Source: Lytechinus pictus
Taxonomy: Eukaryota
Direction of reading: 5' to 3'
Assembly: GCF_037042905.1 (NCBI RefSeq)
Contig: NC_087245.1
Coordinates: 34,038,001 to 34,102,000, forward strand
DNA length: 64,000 bases
Shown in pieces: positions 37,951 to 52,400 of the stretch. How positions within the stretch are numbered: the stretch's first letter is position 1; every line of letters begins with the position of its first letter. Position numbers and translations under genes: made by a program. The notes under the pieces are model-generated. The model saw only the letters and a program-made list of their open reading frames with translations, searched no databases and was not told where the DNA came from.

Positions 37951-38399
37951 AATAATGATAATAATAATATTAATAATAATGGTTATTTATATATGCGCTT
38001 TACACAAAAGTATCACATCGCTTACAATTGTCAGACATTGAATATAAATATAAATCTTAAGTAACAAAAAGATATATATAATGCAAAACCAAGAGAGCTC
38101 AGAGCTAGGGCGACCTGAGTGTCAGGCGCACACCATCCTTTTAAAAAGGGCGTGAAAAAACTGTTAAATTCCTTGATCATGATTTTGGTCACTTGGACCA
38201 AATTTAGGCTCGCTGTATTATTGTCCGATTTTTTTTTTTAACTCAAACTTGAAAAATCCAGGAAATGTATGAATATCGGAAAATTTGGGATTCAGTTTCG
38301 GGAAATTTGTATTGGATCTGTGACTTTATTTGGAGTGAGTTCTGTACGATTTTGGCCAAATCCTTACGCTACTAGAGCTCGAGAGGGAGACAATCTTTA

Positions 38400-38528
38400 A
38401 TCTGCGGAGGATTTCCGTGGACGTCGGATCGCGGACAGCGGTACGGTTGGATGATTAAAAACAAGTTTTCTTGGTCATGTTGGTTGTAAATCACCGATTG
38501 TCATTGATCAACACCTCCCTCCGTTTTC
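38400..38528 (+). other. Probable non-coding first exon of ABHD13-like gene
   Basis: CpG-richer segment ending in donor TTC|GTAAGT (38529); acceptor ATTACAG at 42547 upstream of the start codon; 5' boundary approximate. Confidence 0.45.
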
Positions 38529-41500
38529 GTAAGTAATTCAAATTTCCATTAAATAGCTCATACTGAAATATTATATCAAAATAACTTAGTATAATATAGG
38601 CCAAGATATATGCTTGTGATTATCATGATTATGTGGCGCTGTGCCAATGCACGTTGCCCCACATACTGTCATCTGTGTCGTGCTGGAAGAAAAAACGAGA
38701 AAGTTCAGAAACGTAAATGAAATTATTTTTAGAGACCCGCCCCATGGCAAATGACAATGTTAGAATTAGACATGAGAGTAAAGTGCATCAATGTCGGACG
38801 AAAATGACTTCAGCTCCCTCCCCACAGGAAAGGGTTTAAAAAGTCAGATATATCTGTCATGAAAAAGACAATTGAATAAGAGATATTTTATTTTAGGAAG
38901 GAAAGAATAAGTTAAGAGTACCGGTACTAAAAGTAAAGTCCATCGGACGGTTCTAGCCTTGAGGACTCTGTGATGATATTTTTTAATATTTTGACATATA
39001 GTTCTTCATCACGGAGCCTTGAAACTCTTCTCATAGACGCATAAGCGAGAACTACACACCCGGATGGATTTCCCTAGGAAATTCATATTTACTTTAGATC
39101 ACTCATTCAATGCACTGGTTCACCCCGACCATTCGCCATACAGAAAAATGTACGGGGTGGGACTGATCTGAGACCAGTGCCGCTAACACTGTCATTTCTA
39201 ATGTAGGAACGCGCGAAGTAAAAGAGTCTGACTTACCAATTCTTGTGTTGACCCAAATGCAGATTTTGGTTCTACTTAAACAGGATTCCAATGCCCAATG
39301 AGTCAAATATCGTCCTTCAATTGAAGATTTCTTTCTAAATCGGGTAAAATCATAAGGAAATTTTTCCTTATTCTCGTCTGGTCCATAGTCTCCTACGTAA
39401 GTATTTCAGCACGCCCTCTTGTGCTGAATAAAAGAAAGCTAGCCACTGAACAGTGGCGACCACAGAGCTGGTTACAATAAGCTCCTACCTGTTTCCGGTG
39501 AAGCATAATAATAGGAAGCTCCGTGATCCGGGGACTGTAGTCTTTTTCTCACCTGACACCACTAACGTACCTAAGGGGCAGGGAGGGCAGACTGCACCCC
39601 CTGACGAGTCACAACTCATGCAAGGGACGTACCCCTGCCCCCCTGACGAGTCACAACTGATCCCTGTGCAAGCCACAAGTGGCCCCCTCTTTTGAACTTG
39701 AAGACCTTTTTTTTTTTTTTTTTTTTTTTTTCAAATTTTTTGGCGGACGAATTGGCCCCCCCTTTGGAAAATCCTGGGTACGCCACTGCCTGACACTCAA
39801 TATTTTGTTCACTATTTTTTTTTTACACAACAATTATTGTTGTCACAGGCGGCGGAGGGGGGGGGTACACATTCAATACCCCTTAAATTTCAGGAGGAGG
39901 GGAGAGTTCCCCTTAATAGAAATAAAGAAAAAAAAAAAAAAAGAACAAAGACTGAGAAAAAAAGTAAGAAATAAAAAATCAAAAGAATTAATTTACGCTC
40001 AAAAGAAAAAAGAAAGAAAGGGTAAGGGAAGAGGAAAACAGACAAATGATGCTCTGGATACAGTACTAGAAATATTATAGATAAGCCTCCCAAAATAGCC
40101 ATTTGGAGTTTTTGGACTTTTTTATTCTTTAAACATGTTTATCTAGACGAAACAAAATTGCCAATCTGTCGAGGCTATCGAGACATGTTTACCAGAATGC
40201 ATCACGAGTAGTGTTTCATCCATCAGGGTGGATGAACCTCTATGGCTTCGTGATATTTTTTTCTTTTTCGATTTGTCACGATCAAACACCATTGAACGAA
40301 CCAAGAGTAGTGACGGTCACCAGAGGTGGAAAAATCGGTGAGTTTTTAGTCATTTTTCATATTATTTTCAGCAATTAGATGAAATTTGTTATATAAATTT
40401 ATGTCAAGTATCACACTTGATCTATTTCGATAAGGTCATGATGTTTGGGTGAGGGAAGGGGAGGAAAATAGTCGATGCTTTTTTTGGCCATGCTAGTGTA
40501 TACACACGAGAACGAGGTTATATTATAACCTCGTTCGTAGGATGAGTGATTCAATGAACAATGAACAGATGGTGAAATCGGTATGTATTAATTTTTTTAT
40601 TTATTTATGAAGCTTCATACGACTAATGCGTATGAAGAGATAAAAATTATTTCACTATGAATGTGAAAAATGAGAGGTTTCTTACCAGACCGATCTCGTG
40701 TAGATCCCTCGATCCATTTGTCAACAAAGCAAATACAATAGGCTTGACCCTTGAACCGCTTCGTTATGACGTACCTTCGATTAGCGATGTTACAAAATGC
40801 CGTTTTAAAGAACAATTTATAGATAAAAATTATTATTTAACAAAAATTAAAATTTGAAACTTGATTATGAATAATTATTATAATAATAATTATTATTTTT
40901 AATCACGTATTAAATTTTGATTTTAAAAAATCAAATTAAATTTTGATTTAAAAAAATCAAACACACTCACATAAAAAAGCTCCAAAAAGCAGTGGCAAAA
41001 ATAATAACTTCTTTACTGGTTGCCAGCCAAACAAGAAGACAAAGTTATAGGGCCGGTCTAATCACTGTGAAACCCTTGGCTTTCAAAGTTTCAGCAATTG
41101 CTAGTAGTAGCTCAGTGAGTTAGGCGACAGACTAGAGATACATTGGACTGTGATCAAGAGGTTCAAATCCAACTGGAAATAAGTAGAAGAAAACGAGAAC
41201 GAAAGAGCTAGAGGGGGGTTTTGTTTTTGTTTTTTTAATTAGTGGAAAGGACACTCAAAGAGATTCCAACCCCAAGCACCTTCTGATCTGGATATTCTCC
41301 CACCTGGATCCCCTAGCAAACTGGAGATTCCAACTTGATGTGTGCGAAACACATCACGAGTGCGAAGACCCTTGCAGCCAGGGCCCGCTTAATGGCACTG
41401 GAAGCTCTAGAGTTGTAGATGCTCTTGTCTTGTGCTATCTCAGTCTAATTTTTCAATGTATGATGGCACTAAGTAAATAACAATTCAGTGAATCAAATCA

Positions 41501-41815
41501 TACATTTTGGCTTTTAAAAATGAAACTTCTTTTCATATACCATTATTCATGAATGCATATGAAATTGATGAGCATCTACAAAACCATACATTTTTGCGAT
41601 ACCTTTTATTCGTATCAACCAATAAAGACATAAATACTACCTCACCTTAAAATTGACATTTCCATTTCCATCTTGCGTCATGTGCTACTTGATGATGATC
41701 TCTTGAGAAAGATTGTTCCAAGTTGGTTATAAGCAATTTAACTGCTTTCGCTAATTATTTCACGTAGTATTTCCAGTTTTTAAAACTTGTTTGGGAGGGA
41801 GAAAATACATCTTAA

Positions 41816-42211
41816 AGAGAAATTCCAGTAGTTGCAGTAAACACTGATTTCATGAGAAAGTCTGTAAAACCAGGCTTAATTGTCAGTATATCATTGAGGA
41901 TCTAGATCTGGTACAGTTACATTAAACTGAACTTTGTGAAATCTTGAAATCTACGCTGAATAATATTCAGACTGAACTTCCCCAACACAGATAAGCGCAC
42001 GTGGGACAGTGTATAATTATTGCTTTGAGCGTCGGGCCCGACGCTCTACCCGAATCCTGTGCTTATTTGCTGATTTCTCAGCAATTACACAATTTCTTCC
42101 AGAATCCTTTGGCACATGCGTTTTATTTATACAAACAGACACTTTGGTGGTCATTTCATTGGATTCTGTACGAACTCATTTTGATATCGTTACCAAAACT
42201 AGCATTTACCT
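41816..42211. mobile_element. Kolobok-type non-autonomous element
   Basis: TTAA on both sides, imperfect TIR AGAGAAATTCCAGT / ACTAGCATTTACCT. Confidence 0.55.
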
Positions 42212-42700
42212 TTAAGTGGGGGACACAGGGCCTGTGTGGGAGATATAAAATCTCACTCAAGCAGGAGAGTTGGAGTCTCTGGACATTGAATGTCTATAAT
42301 AGGAGACCTTACTCACATTGAAATAAAAAAGTTAAAAACTTAGCATGCTTAGCCACATCTGAATTGATCTTCGCTGTGAAAAAGAATAGCTGATACCTAC
42401 ATGTATGTAACATGGACATCTTGTAATTTTCGGACCCAACCTGATGGAATTACCGAAGACTGTTGTCTAGTTGGTAGATTTGTTTAGTGTTACAAAGAAA
42501 ATTACTCTCCCTTATTCACAAATTTACATATTTATTTTATATTACAGGTTTTGATATTTGTGCAGGAACACTTTCAATAGAATTGTACTTGAGCAAAGGC
42601 AATCACTGTGGATTTAACTGGCATCTTTCAACATCCCAGAGTTCAAATCTATTAAGAGAGGCCATGGTAAGTAAGAGACCACAGACCTTGGCTGTGCATT

Positions 42701-45700
42701 ATGACTGAGAATGATGGAGGCAGGTATGAAGAAGTAGAAATCAACGGTAGCGAGGATCCCACCAGTACTCTTCTGGAAGATACTCAGACCGAAGCCAACG
42801 GCAACACCTCCACGCATCAACCAGTGGCATCGTCAAGACGCTCTAGTGCAATGTCTAACGCGATTTCCATCCTGCGCTTTTTTATCCTGTTGCTGCTGAG
42901 AGTGTGTCTCCGTTTCTGGAAGGTGTGTGTCGCGGAACTCTTGATTGTAGTCTTGGTCTTCTGGATGTATGGAGGGGTCATTGTTTTCTTCCTCATGCTT
43001 GCAGCTCTTCTCAGTAAGTCTTCTTCCTTAATAATTACTTTAATTGGAAATTCTGGATTCCGACCAGAAATTGTCTTTGAAAAATGGAAAGAAAATAACT
43101 TTTGACCTGACAGTCTTCAGGAGTAGTGATTCTAAGCTAAAGAGGTAAAAATATCTCATAATCATATTTTGTCAATTCTGTGGCCCGTAACACAAAGCTT
43201 AGCAATGATCGTAGAACATTTTTCTACGATCGATTCCATTGGTTTCAATGTACAATCAATTGTAGAAATCAAGCGTACGATTAATTGCTAACCTTTGTGT
43301 TACAGGACCATCTCCTTTCAATGAAATTGTAAGTCCAGGGAACAGTTTCATGACGCCATTCATAAATTATGCATGACTTTACTTACGATTGATGACCCTT
43401 TAGGTATGGTGAAAGGGGTGCATCAAATTTCCTGTTTTAATATAATGAAAGTCAACTTTCTATAATTCTTGTCAAATATTGACAAATAAGAAACATTGCA
43501 ATCAAATCCTTAAAATAACAAAAAATGATCGCAAAAGGTCAGTATTGTTGAGAATTTGATCTAGTACAAAAAAAGAGTCACCAGTTATGCATACAGTTGT
43601 GCAGAACTTAGCCACTGTGACTGTTTTTAGGGTTATTTGTGTCCATCCTCATGACTGTAGATCTTCTCAGTAAAGTATCCTTCCTCAGCTCTCTCTTTAT
43701 TTTGCCCATTCCCAACATCCATTTATTTGAATGCTGGATTCCGATCGGCAAGATGCCATTAGAAAAGAGGAATAATCCTTTTCGACTTGATTCAGCCCTT
43801 GAAGTGAGTCTAAGATCATGAGACACAGAATTTAAATTACCTAGATTTATGTCAACAGACCAATGGGCACATTAATGCAGAAAAGGGTTATTGACTTTGT
43901 CAGTGCTCTGTTTTGTTCCAAAACAATTCATTTAATTGGTACAATCAAATTTTTTGGTAATCTTTTCATAAAATTCTATGAGATATTTGATTAAAAATCC
44001 TTTTTAAAATTCCCAAAGTTTATTGTTAATATCATTATTTACAGAGCAACCTTTTGATGATTTAATGGTTAGCTTTTCTCCTTTTTTTTGGGGGGGGTAA
44101 AAATTATGATAAACAGAAAACTCTGTAATTTCTCATTCCCTGGAATTGAGTTACTATTCAAAACACATTGATAGTGGCTCCCAAACTTCTCTCCCATTTA
44201 CAGCTGTGGTATATAATATGCAAGACTTCCTCCTGTACTTCCCTGACAACCCCAAGATGTCAACTGTCTTCGTCCCATCAGCAGCCATCTTGGAACTTCC
44301 GTACGAGAATCTAACTATAAAGACATCAGACTGGGTCAAAATTAGTGCAGTTTTATTCAAGCAGCCTCCGGACAGAGCGGCAAGATCACCTACAATTCTG
44401 TTTCTCCATGGCAACGCTGGAAACCTTGGACATAGGTAATGCTAGTAGTGGTACAAATGCTTGATAATTAGTCTCATGTTTTAGAGTCAAAAGGAAAGTT
44501 TGGTACATACCCAGACCTGGGGGTTATTTCTCAAATGCATAAACGCCAATGCGCACATGTTATTTAACACTTGATCTGATTGATTGATACACGGCAGTGA
44601 GATGATGCCTTGTGTGGAGCACGCAACTGAAATTATCTTTGTGAAACACCCCCTAGGTTGGTATTTCATAAAGCTGATCATATGTTTCAGGTACCTTAAT
44701 ATGCATAATTGGTGTCCCTTTCTTCTGCTAAACAATATACCCTGAATTATCATTTCTGTTGATTTAACTCCTAAGTAAGGGTGATGAGTCAATTTGTAAA
44801 ATCACCCTGAATTATGAACAGCTGTATGCAACACTCACCATGGGGATCAACATTGATTGATTGATTGATTGATTGATCGATCACTCGCTCGACTGACTGA
44901 CTGACTGATAGATATTAATATTGGCAAGATATTTGTCATTTATGATAGTTCTGTCATCACAAGTTATTAATTTTTGTTACATTTATTCATTCACATTTTT
45001 ATGGGAAATGAATTCCTCGTTACTTTCAAGTTCTGGATTGTATTGAAAATACGTGCATTGACAAAATCAATCATTCAATATCATTGTTACATTGTTACAG
45101 AACTTTCCTTATTTGATGATTCTAAGGAAAACTTCAAAATATTAATTGACTTTAAACTTTAATAAAAAATAATGCACATTTGACATTTATTTACATCAAT
45201 TTGGGCAGCTTGTTTGGAAATTTATAAGTGTCTTGTTAAGAAAAACATCACAATGCATTGTCTCAACTACATTTTTTTTGTCTAGGTATCTTGTACAGTG
45301 TTGTCAGAAGTTTGTTTGGACAATAAGACAGAGAATAATTTTGCTTTACAAATTTGAATAGCATTTTTGGTCATAATAGAAAAGCTCTCAACTATATACA
45401 GTCCTAGGTAAAATATGCTATATAAAAGACTTGATGCATAGCAGTCTTTCAAAAATGTGGAGCATATTGCGATGCGATACCAGGAAAATTATTCCCTGTA
45501 AGATATCATGAATGCACTGCATCTGTGCTTTGTGACAATCGATACTTTTGCTGGAATGAAAACACAAACATTTGACACACCAGAAAATAATTATATGTTT
45601 TAATAACATTTGTAAAGTATGCCAGGTAATATAGTGTGCTAGCATTGTAGCGGATCACACAAAGTCAAAAGAGCATCCATATTACCTCATGTGCACAATC

Positions 45701-48700
45701 ACTGATTTTAATTCTCTCATTTTTATTGACAGATTATTTAATGCTAAGATGCTTTATACAGTGTGCCATTGTAATATCCTATTACTTGACTACAGAGGGT
45801 ACGGTAGAAGTGAAGGAACTCCATCAGAATCAGGTATGGGAAAAAAAACTCATCAATACTTTCTATCTGCATGGGGTTTTTGTATTTAATATCAAGTGCC
45901 GATCCACCCTAATGTCCTCCTTTAATGTATGTGTATTAAATGGAAAAATCAAAACTGGGAATCCCTGATTACAGAATAGTGAAATTAAGCCCTCACTAAT
46001 TTTTCAAATGTTGCAAATACCCTTTACTTAAAATATGTAGCATACATAGTACTGTATGAAAGGCCTTTATAGAAAATGAATAATTTAGGGATCGTATGTA
46101 CTCTTTCATTCTACATGCTTTTTATTGTAGTTAAATATGTGTATTTTTGTTTTTACGATCTTTTTATTGATGGGCTATGAATTTATAACTGGAACTTTAA
46201 TCTCTTTTTATAGGTCTATACACAGACGCCCAATCCGCATTGGACTACCTTCACACGAGAAGAGACATTGACCCGACGCAACTCTTCATCTTTGGACGAT
46301 CACTAGGGGGCGCTGTTGCAATCCATATAGCATCACAGAAGATGAACACAGGGAGGTTAAAGGGGGTTATCATAGAAAACACCTTCACCTCAATACAAGA
46401 GATGGGTAGCCATTTATTTGCAGGAGCAGTCAGCTGGATCCCACTTTGTTTAGTCAAGAATAAGGTAGGGTTTGCAATGTTATTTATTTGGTCTTTATTC
46501 TATGCTCCTGCTGTCTTCTCTTTTGAACCAAGATTTCCTTTTTTTTCCTGTTACTGTACAAAATGATATCATAAGGATTTGAACTTACTTATTATGGTCA
46601 CCTGGACAATGCGCAAAGGTGATTGACTGAATTTTACTTAAATACTGCCTGCTCCTTGCCCCAATATTTTTACTTTCTCAGTTTTTTTTCCTATGGTCTG
46701 CACAACTATTTTTAAAATCTATAATTTACCAGGGTCCATTTATATGGAACTCCCTCCCTTCTGAAATCAAAAATTCTAAATCATGAATTTAAGGGGAATC
46801 TAACCCAAATCAAAAGTTGTTTTTTAGGAAAAAGATAAATGAGATAGCAGATAGCTGAAAGTGTGAACAATATTGAACAAACAATAAGAAACTTATGAAT
46901 ATTCTAAAGTTGTAAGAATTGGTAATCTACCTATGGAAACTTCAAAATTTGTCAAATTTGTGATGTCTATTTACTCCAATACAAAAATGGCTAACATAGA
47001 TTTTTCTCTTTTTTTTCAAAAGTTTTATTTCAAATTATATTTCTCTTTCATGAGGACATTAAACAATATATGTTTACTTATTTTTTCTTCTCTCTAACAC
47101 AATATTTTATGACCAAGGTTTGATTCCCTTTAAAATGCAATACAGTAAACTCTTCATAAGTTTGATTTTTGTGGCAATCAACAATTTATTTATGACCAGA
47201 ATATGCAAAATGTGTTTTCATCTTCTAAGTTGAATTTATCTTAGTCAAACATATTATTGTGGTCCCAAAGAGTGTTGGCTTGCAGAGTCACCTGTACTTT
47301 ATACCCAAACTTCAAACTACATGGCAAATGTCTGTTTCAGTGGGCCTGGAATAAAGTATTTACAAAGACTACAAGAAGGCTATATTTCTTTTACCAAAGT
47401 TGATATTTCAAATTAGTATCTTTATATCTCGATAGGTTGTATTTAAACAAAATTTGGTCTACATGATTGGCCTGTGTAGTATGAGGGCCTATTACGCCTA
47501 GCACCAAAAACAAATATCCCATAGTATTGTGTAATTGCCCGCAAATAAGATTTTTTCTTTTGTTTCAGTAAGATGGGTTTGTTTTTTTTCATTTTAAAAA
47601 ATTGGCAGGTATGCACTTGTAAGTCTGGGGGTGTTTCACAAAGATTTAAGTGTAATGTAAAGTCATGCTTAGTGCTGACATGCACGTGATATTCAACATG
47701 CAATCTCATTGATTAATATGCAAGAGTGTATTTCCCTCTGAGCATGATCNNNNNNNNNNNNNNNNNNNNNNNNNNNNNNNNNNNNNNNNNNNNNNNNNNN
47801 NNNNNNNNNNNNNNNNNNNNNNNNNNNNNNNNNNNNNNNNNNNNNNNNNNNNNNNNNNNNNNNNNNNNNNNNNNNNNNNNNNNNNNNNNNNNNNNNNNNN
47901 NNNNNNNNNNNNNNNNNNNNNNNNNNNNNNNNNNNNNNNNNNNNNNNNNNNNNNNNNNNNNNNNNNNNNNNNNNNNNNNNNNNNNNNNNNNNNNNNNNNN
48001 NNNNNNNNNNNNNNNNNNNNNNNNNNNNNNNNNNNNNNNNNNNNNNNNNNNNNNNNNNNNNNNNNNNNNNNNNNNNNNNNNNNNNNNNNNNNNNNNNNNN
48101 NNNNNNNNNNNNNNNNNNNNNNNNNNNNNNNNNNNNNNNNNNNNNNNNNNNNNNNNNNNNNNNNNNNNNNNNNNNNNNNNNNNNNNNNNNNNNNNNNNNN
48201 NNNNNNNNNNNNNNNNNNNNNNNNNNNNNNNNNNNNNNNNNNNNNNNNNNNNNNNNNNNNNNNNNNNNNNNNNNNNNNNNNNNNNNNNNNNNNNNNNNNN
48301 NNNNNNNNNNNNNNNNNNNATTTGGGCCGTGCCATAAATGACATACATGTATACAAAGAAAAAGGCACCCAACCTTAATACATTGATAACACATAAAACA
48401 TAATAATCGTAATTCTTACTAGGTAATAATACAAATGGGTAAGTTAATACAAATAATTAAAAATTCTAATTGAATGCTAAATAAAAATTTACAAAGTATC
48501 TTCAGTATGAGGGCATGATACAGAAAATAACATCATTATAGGGTAAGATATTACGCAGATACTTTTTTGTATTGATTAATTTGAATTACTGAGATAATCC
48601 CTGTATAACGATACTGCACACTTACACACTATCACACCCATACACACAAACACACACCACACCCCCTTCGCAACACCCGTCATCATTTTATACTGCACGC

Positions 48701-49424
48701 AACTGTGAAATTGAGTGTGACTCTAAGTCACACTTGAATCTTTGTGAAACATCCCCCCCTCCTGTTTGCTTTATTGTTGTGTACATGAACAGCTGTCTTG
48801 ACTGTCATTTCAAGTAAACTAATCTCAACCTATTTCCTTCCCAGTTTTTATCAAATAGGAAAGTATCATCTATACACACATCAACCATGTTCTTAGCCGG
48901 TACTGTAGATGAGCTAGTACCCCCTAAAATGATGAAAGAATTATTTATGGTAAGAAAATTATTGTGTATGATTTATATAGAAATTATTCTCAGTTTGCTG
49001 TTATCATGTTTGTCTAATCTAGACATGTAACCTGCCACCCTAAAACCAACAATTCGTCGCCAGGGAAGGTTATCTGTAGATAGCTAAAATAATAGCTTGG
49101 GTCCTTGTCCTTGGTTTTCAAGAACTAAAAATTAGAAAATTGAATTAATGTGAAAGACTAAATCTTCTTCATACCGTCAAAATTTGAAGATGCAAAGCTA
49201 TTATTCATTAGGCCATTCCTGTGGGCCACCATGAATCAATTCATGTAAAATTTGGTATATGGATTTTTCAGCTATTTTCAGGTTTTTTAGTACTTTGTAC
49301 ATAACTATAGCAGCTTTTGCTGTTTCAGTATATTGTGGTCACTCACAGTCTCAAACCCGCGATGGAGATTTTTTTATCGTGCTCTAACAAAATATGTCAG
49401 AAAAATGCTGAAATTCAGAAATTT

Positions 49425-49456
<32 letters not shown>

Positions 49457-52400
49457 TTAGAAAATATTTATTCAGGATAAAAAGATCAGCTAAATTGCTG
49501 TTTTACATCAATGTCCTGATTTAACAGGGATAAAAAACATATAAAGTTACAATAATATCATGATGCAAAATACATATAAATATTTAAACTTAGCTACTAA
49601 AATATGATTAAAAAATACTGTAAATAATTATGTTAAGACATTGAAAAAATGAGATTACATAGCTACTGAAATATGATAACAAAATACTGTAAATAATTAT
49701 ATTATGACATAAAAAAATGGAATTCAGTTCGAACTAGTTAAGTAATCACGGCAAGATAATCTGATAACATCACCCCAACCTTTCACAATGATGCTTCATA
49801 TGATAAGTATTAGAGGAGAATGAAACCCTTAGAACAAAAATAGCCCGTGTGAAATCAGAAAAATCAAAGAAACAGACCAACGAAAGCCCGAGAAAAATCG
49901 GACAAACAATGAGAAGGCCACGAGCACCCGAACAATGCGATCACCAACGCTACGGAGACCCCCACACCGGCAACGCAACAAAGATGTGCGATGCCACCTG
50001 CGAACAACTCTCCCCTGGGCCGGCATCTCACAGTCCATTAAAGGGAAAGCTGTTAACATGCGACACCACACATCCCCGTCGCACCGCCAATGGGAGGATC
50101 CCCACAGCAACAGTGATCGCAACATTCAAACGCCCACAACCGTCCCACCGCCCGTCCGACCCCTCCCAAACCCTCGCCGATCTGCCTCCTCGACCCCTCC
50201 GCCTCGACACCAGCCTACCTATTCCAAAGATTTCACTACCCTTTAACATTGGAAGAGCTTTTTATACATTCTCTTGAAGGAGTTAATTGAAGGTAGATTT
50301 TGAAGAAAATGTAAATTATTCCAGATTTTTTATCCTGAAAATAAAAAAGACCTCTTAAAACATTCCAAATTCGGTTTGGGTGGTAAAACATTGAGTGTAT
50401 CACAATTTCTAGTTCTTATGTCATGCCTATCAACTACCAACTCAATGTTATTACATAATCTGATAGGAGCCATTCCATGTATACACTTAAACATAATATT
50501 GGCTAAAAAATAATCACGTCTTTGCTCAATAGTAGGCCATTTGAGTTCCTTCATGAGATCTTCACCACGGCTGTTAACATAATCAAAATTACCTGTAACG
50601 TAGCGTGCTGCTCTTTTTTGTAATCGTGTTAAGTGATCTAGTTCCCTTTTACCAATATAATTTCCCCAAACAGAAATGGCATAATCTAAAGTTGGCAAAA
50701 CATTTGTCATATAAAGAGTGTTAAGGAGGGATTTATTCAAAAATTGTCTCAGTTTACCGAGTGAAAATATCTTGTAGGCTAATGTTTTGGATATATGATT
50801 AACGTGCGAACTCCAATTCAAATTTTCATCAATTTCAACACCGAGGTATCTAATAAATTTCACCTGTTCTACCAAATTATTATCAATAAAAATATTAATC
50901 TTATCGCATGAATAAGACCTATTTCTCAACAGCATTACCTTTGTCTTACTGACGTTTATACTTAAGTGGTTTTTATCATACCATTTTTTAACATTGTCGA
51001 TATTCTTTTGCATTTTTAAAGTAACTTCATTGACATCGGAACCATAATCATAAATTACCACGTCATCAGCAAAAATATTACATTCACCACTGTTGAGACA
51101 AGTAGAAATATCATTAATTATTAAGAGAAAAAGAGCCGGGCCAAGCCCACTCCCTTGCGGAATTCCGATATCTACATCTTTATATGATGACATTTCACCA
51201 TGGCAACAGACCATTTGCTTTCTGTTACTTAAATAACATTCAAACCATTTCAATGAAGTACGAGTAATGCCGTATTTTTCTAATTTGAATAGTAATAGCT
51301 TGTGATCGATTGAATCGAAGCATTTAGAAATGTCAAGGAAGCATGCCCCGACAACTTCACGTTCATTGAATGCCCCATACCAATCGTCAATAACTCTATG
51401 TAAGGAGGTGACAGTTGAGTGGTTAGGAATGAAAGCAAACTGATCAATATTGATAAGATCAAACTTTTGTAAATAAGCGAGAAGTTGTTTTTGAACAGTT
51501 TTTTCAATTAATTTGGAAATATGACAAACGACTGAAATTGGTCTATAGTTTGACTTATCTGATTTTGATCCTTTACCCTTATATATAGGTGTTGTTCTTG
51601 ACTTTTTCCAGTCGTCCGGGATTATACCTGACAATAAACTTAAATTGAAAATTTGACTTAGTGAATTATAAATAAGAGGTGCAGCTAAACGTAGAAGTTT
51701 AGAATCAAAATTCATAACATCTAGGTTACTTGTGGATGACAGACTCAGGAGCAGTTTTAACACTTCATCAGGTTTAGCATGCTCAAAATCAAATTCATAT
51801 ATACACTGTGGTTGGTTCCAGTTAATATCCTTTTCTTTGTAATTAAAATTTTTGCCTACATTAATAAAATAATCATTCATTGTGTTACAGTCTAATTCAG
51901 CTGGAACATCATTTTTGCTTTTTGTATTTCCAGTCATCAAAGTAAGTTCATTCCATAATTTCTTTGGATCATGTTTATATTTAGTGGAAATCTCGGAAAA
52001 GTATTGACGTTTAGATTTTCTTATTAATTTAGTAATTTGATTTCTTACAATACGATATTCTTTAATATGATGAAGATTATCTACCGCTTTGGATTTACAA
52101 TATTTTCTTTTCAAGAAATCACGCCGGTACATAAGATCAATAATTTCACCAGTTATCCACGGAGAGTAACGTTCTTTAACTCTGATAACTTTAAGGGGAG
52201 CATGTTTATGACATATATCAAGGAAAATATTTTTCCAACTCTTCCATACGGTATTTATGTCATCGTTGCACGAAAAATTATCATTGCATATTGAACTTTT
52301 GGATAAATCATCAAGAAATAACTTTTGGTCAAATTTTTTATAATTTCTGAAATGCACTGTTTTATGGCTAGTAGACTCATTACTAAAATTAAGACATGTA

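Noticed and set aside
47693-48394. ORFs of 200+ aa
   Set aside because: Artefacts of reading through the N-gap 47750-48319; the same applies to gaps at 6526-6679 and 17892-18163
49829-50277. Extra ORFs beside the LINE
   Set aside because: GC-rich 3' UTR sequence, no motifs, non-ATG starts
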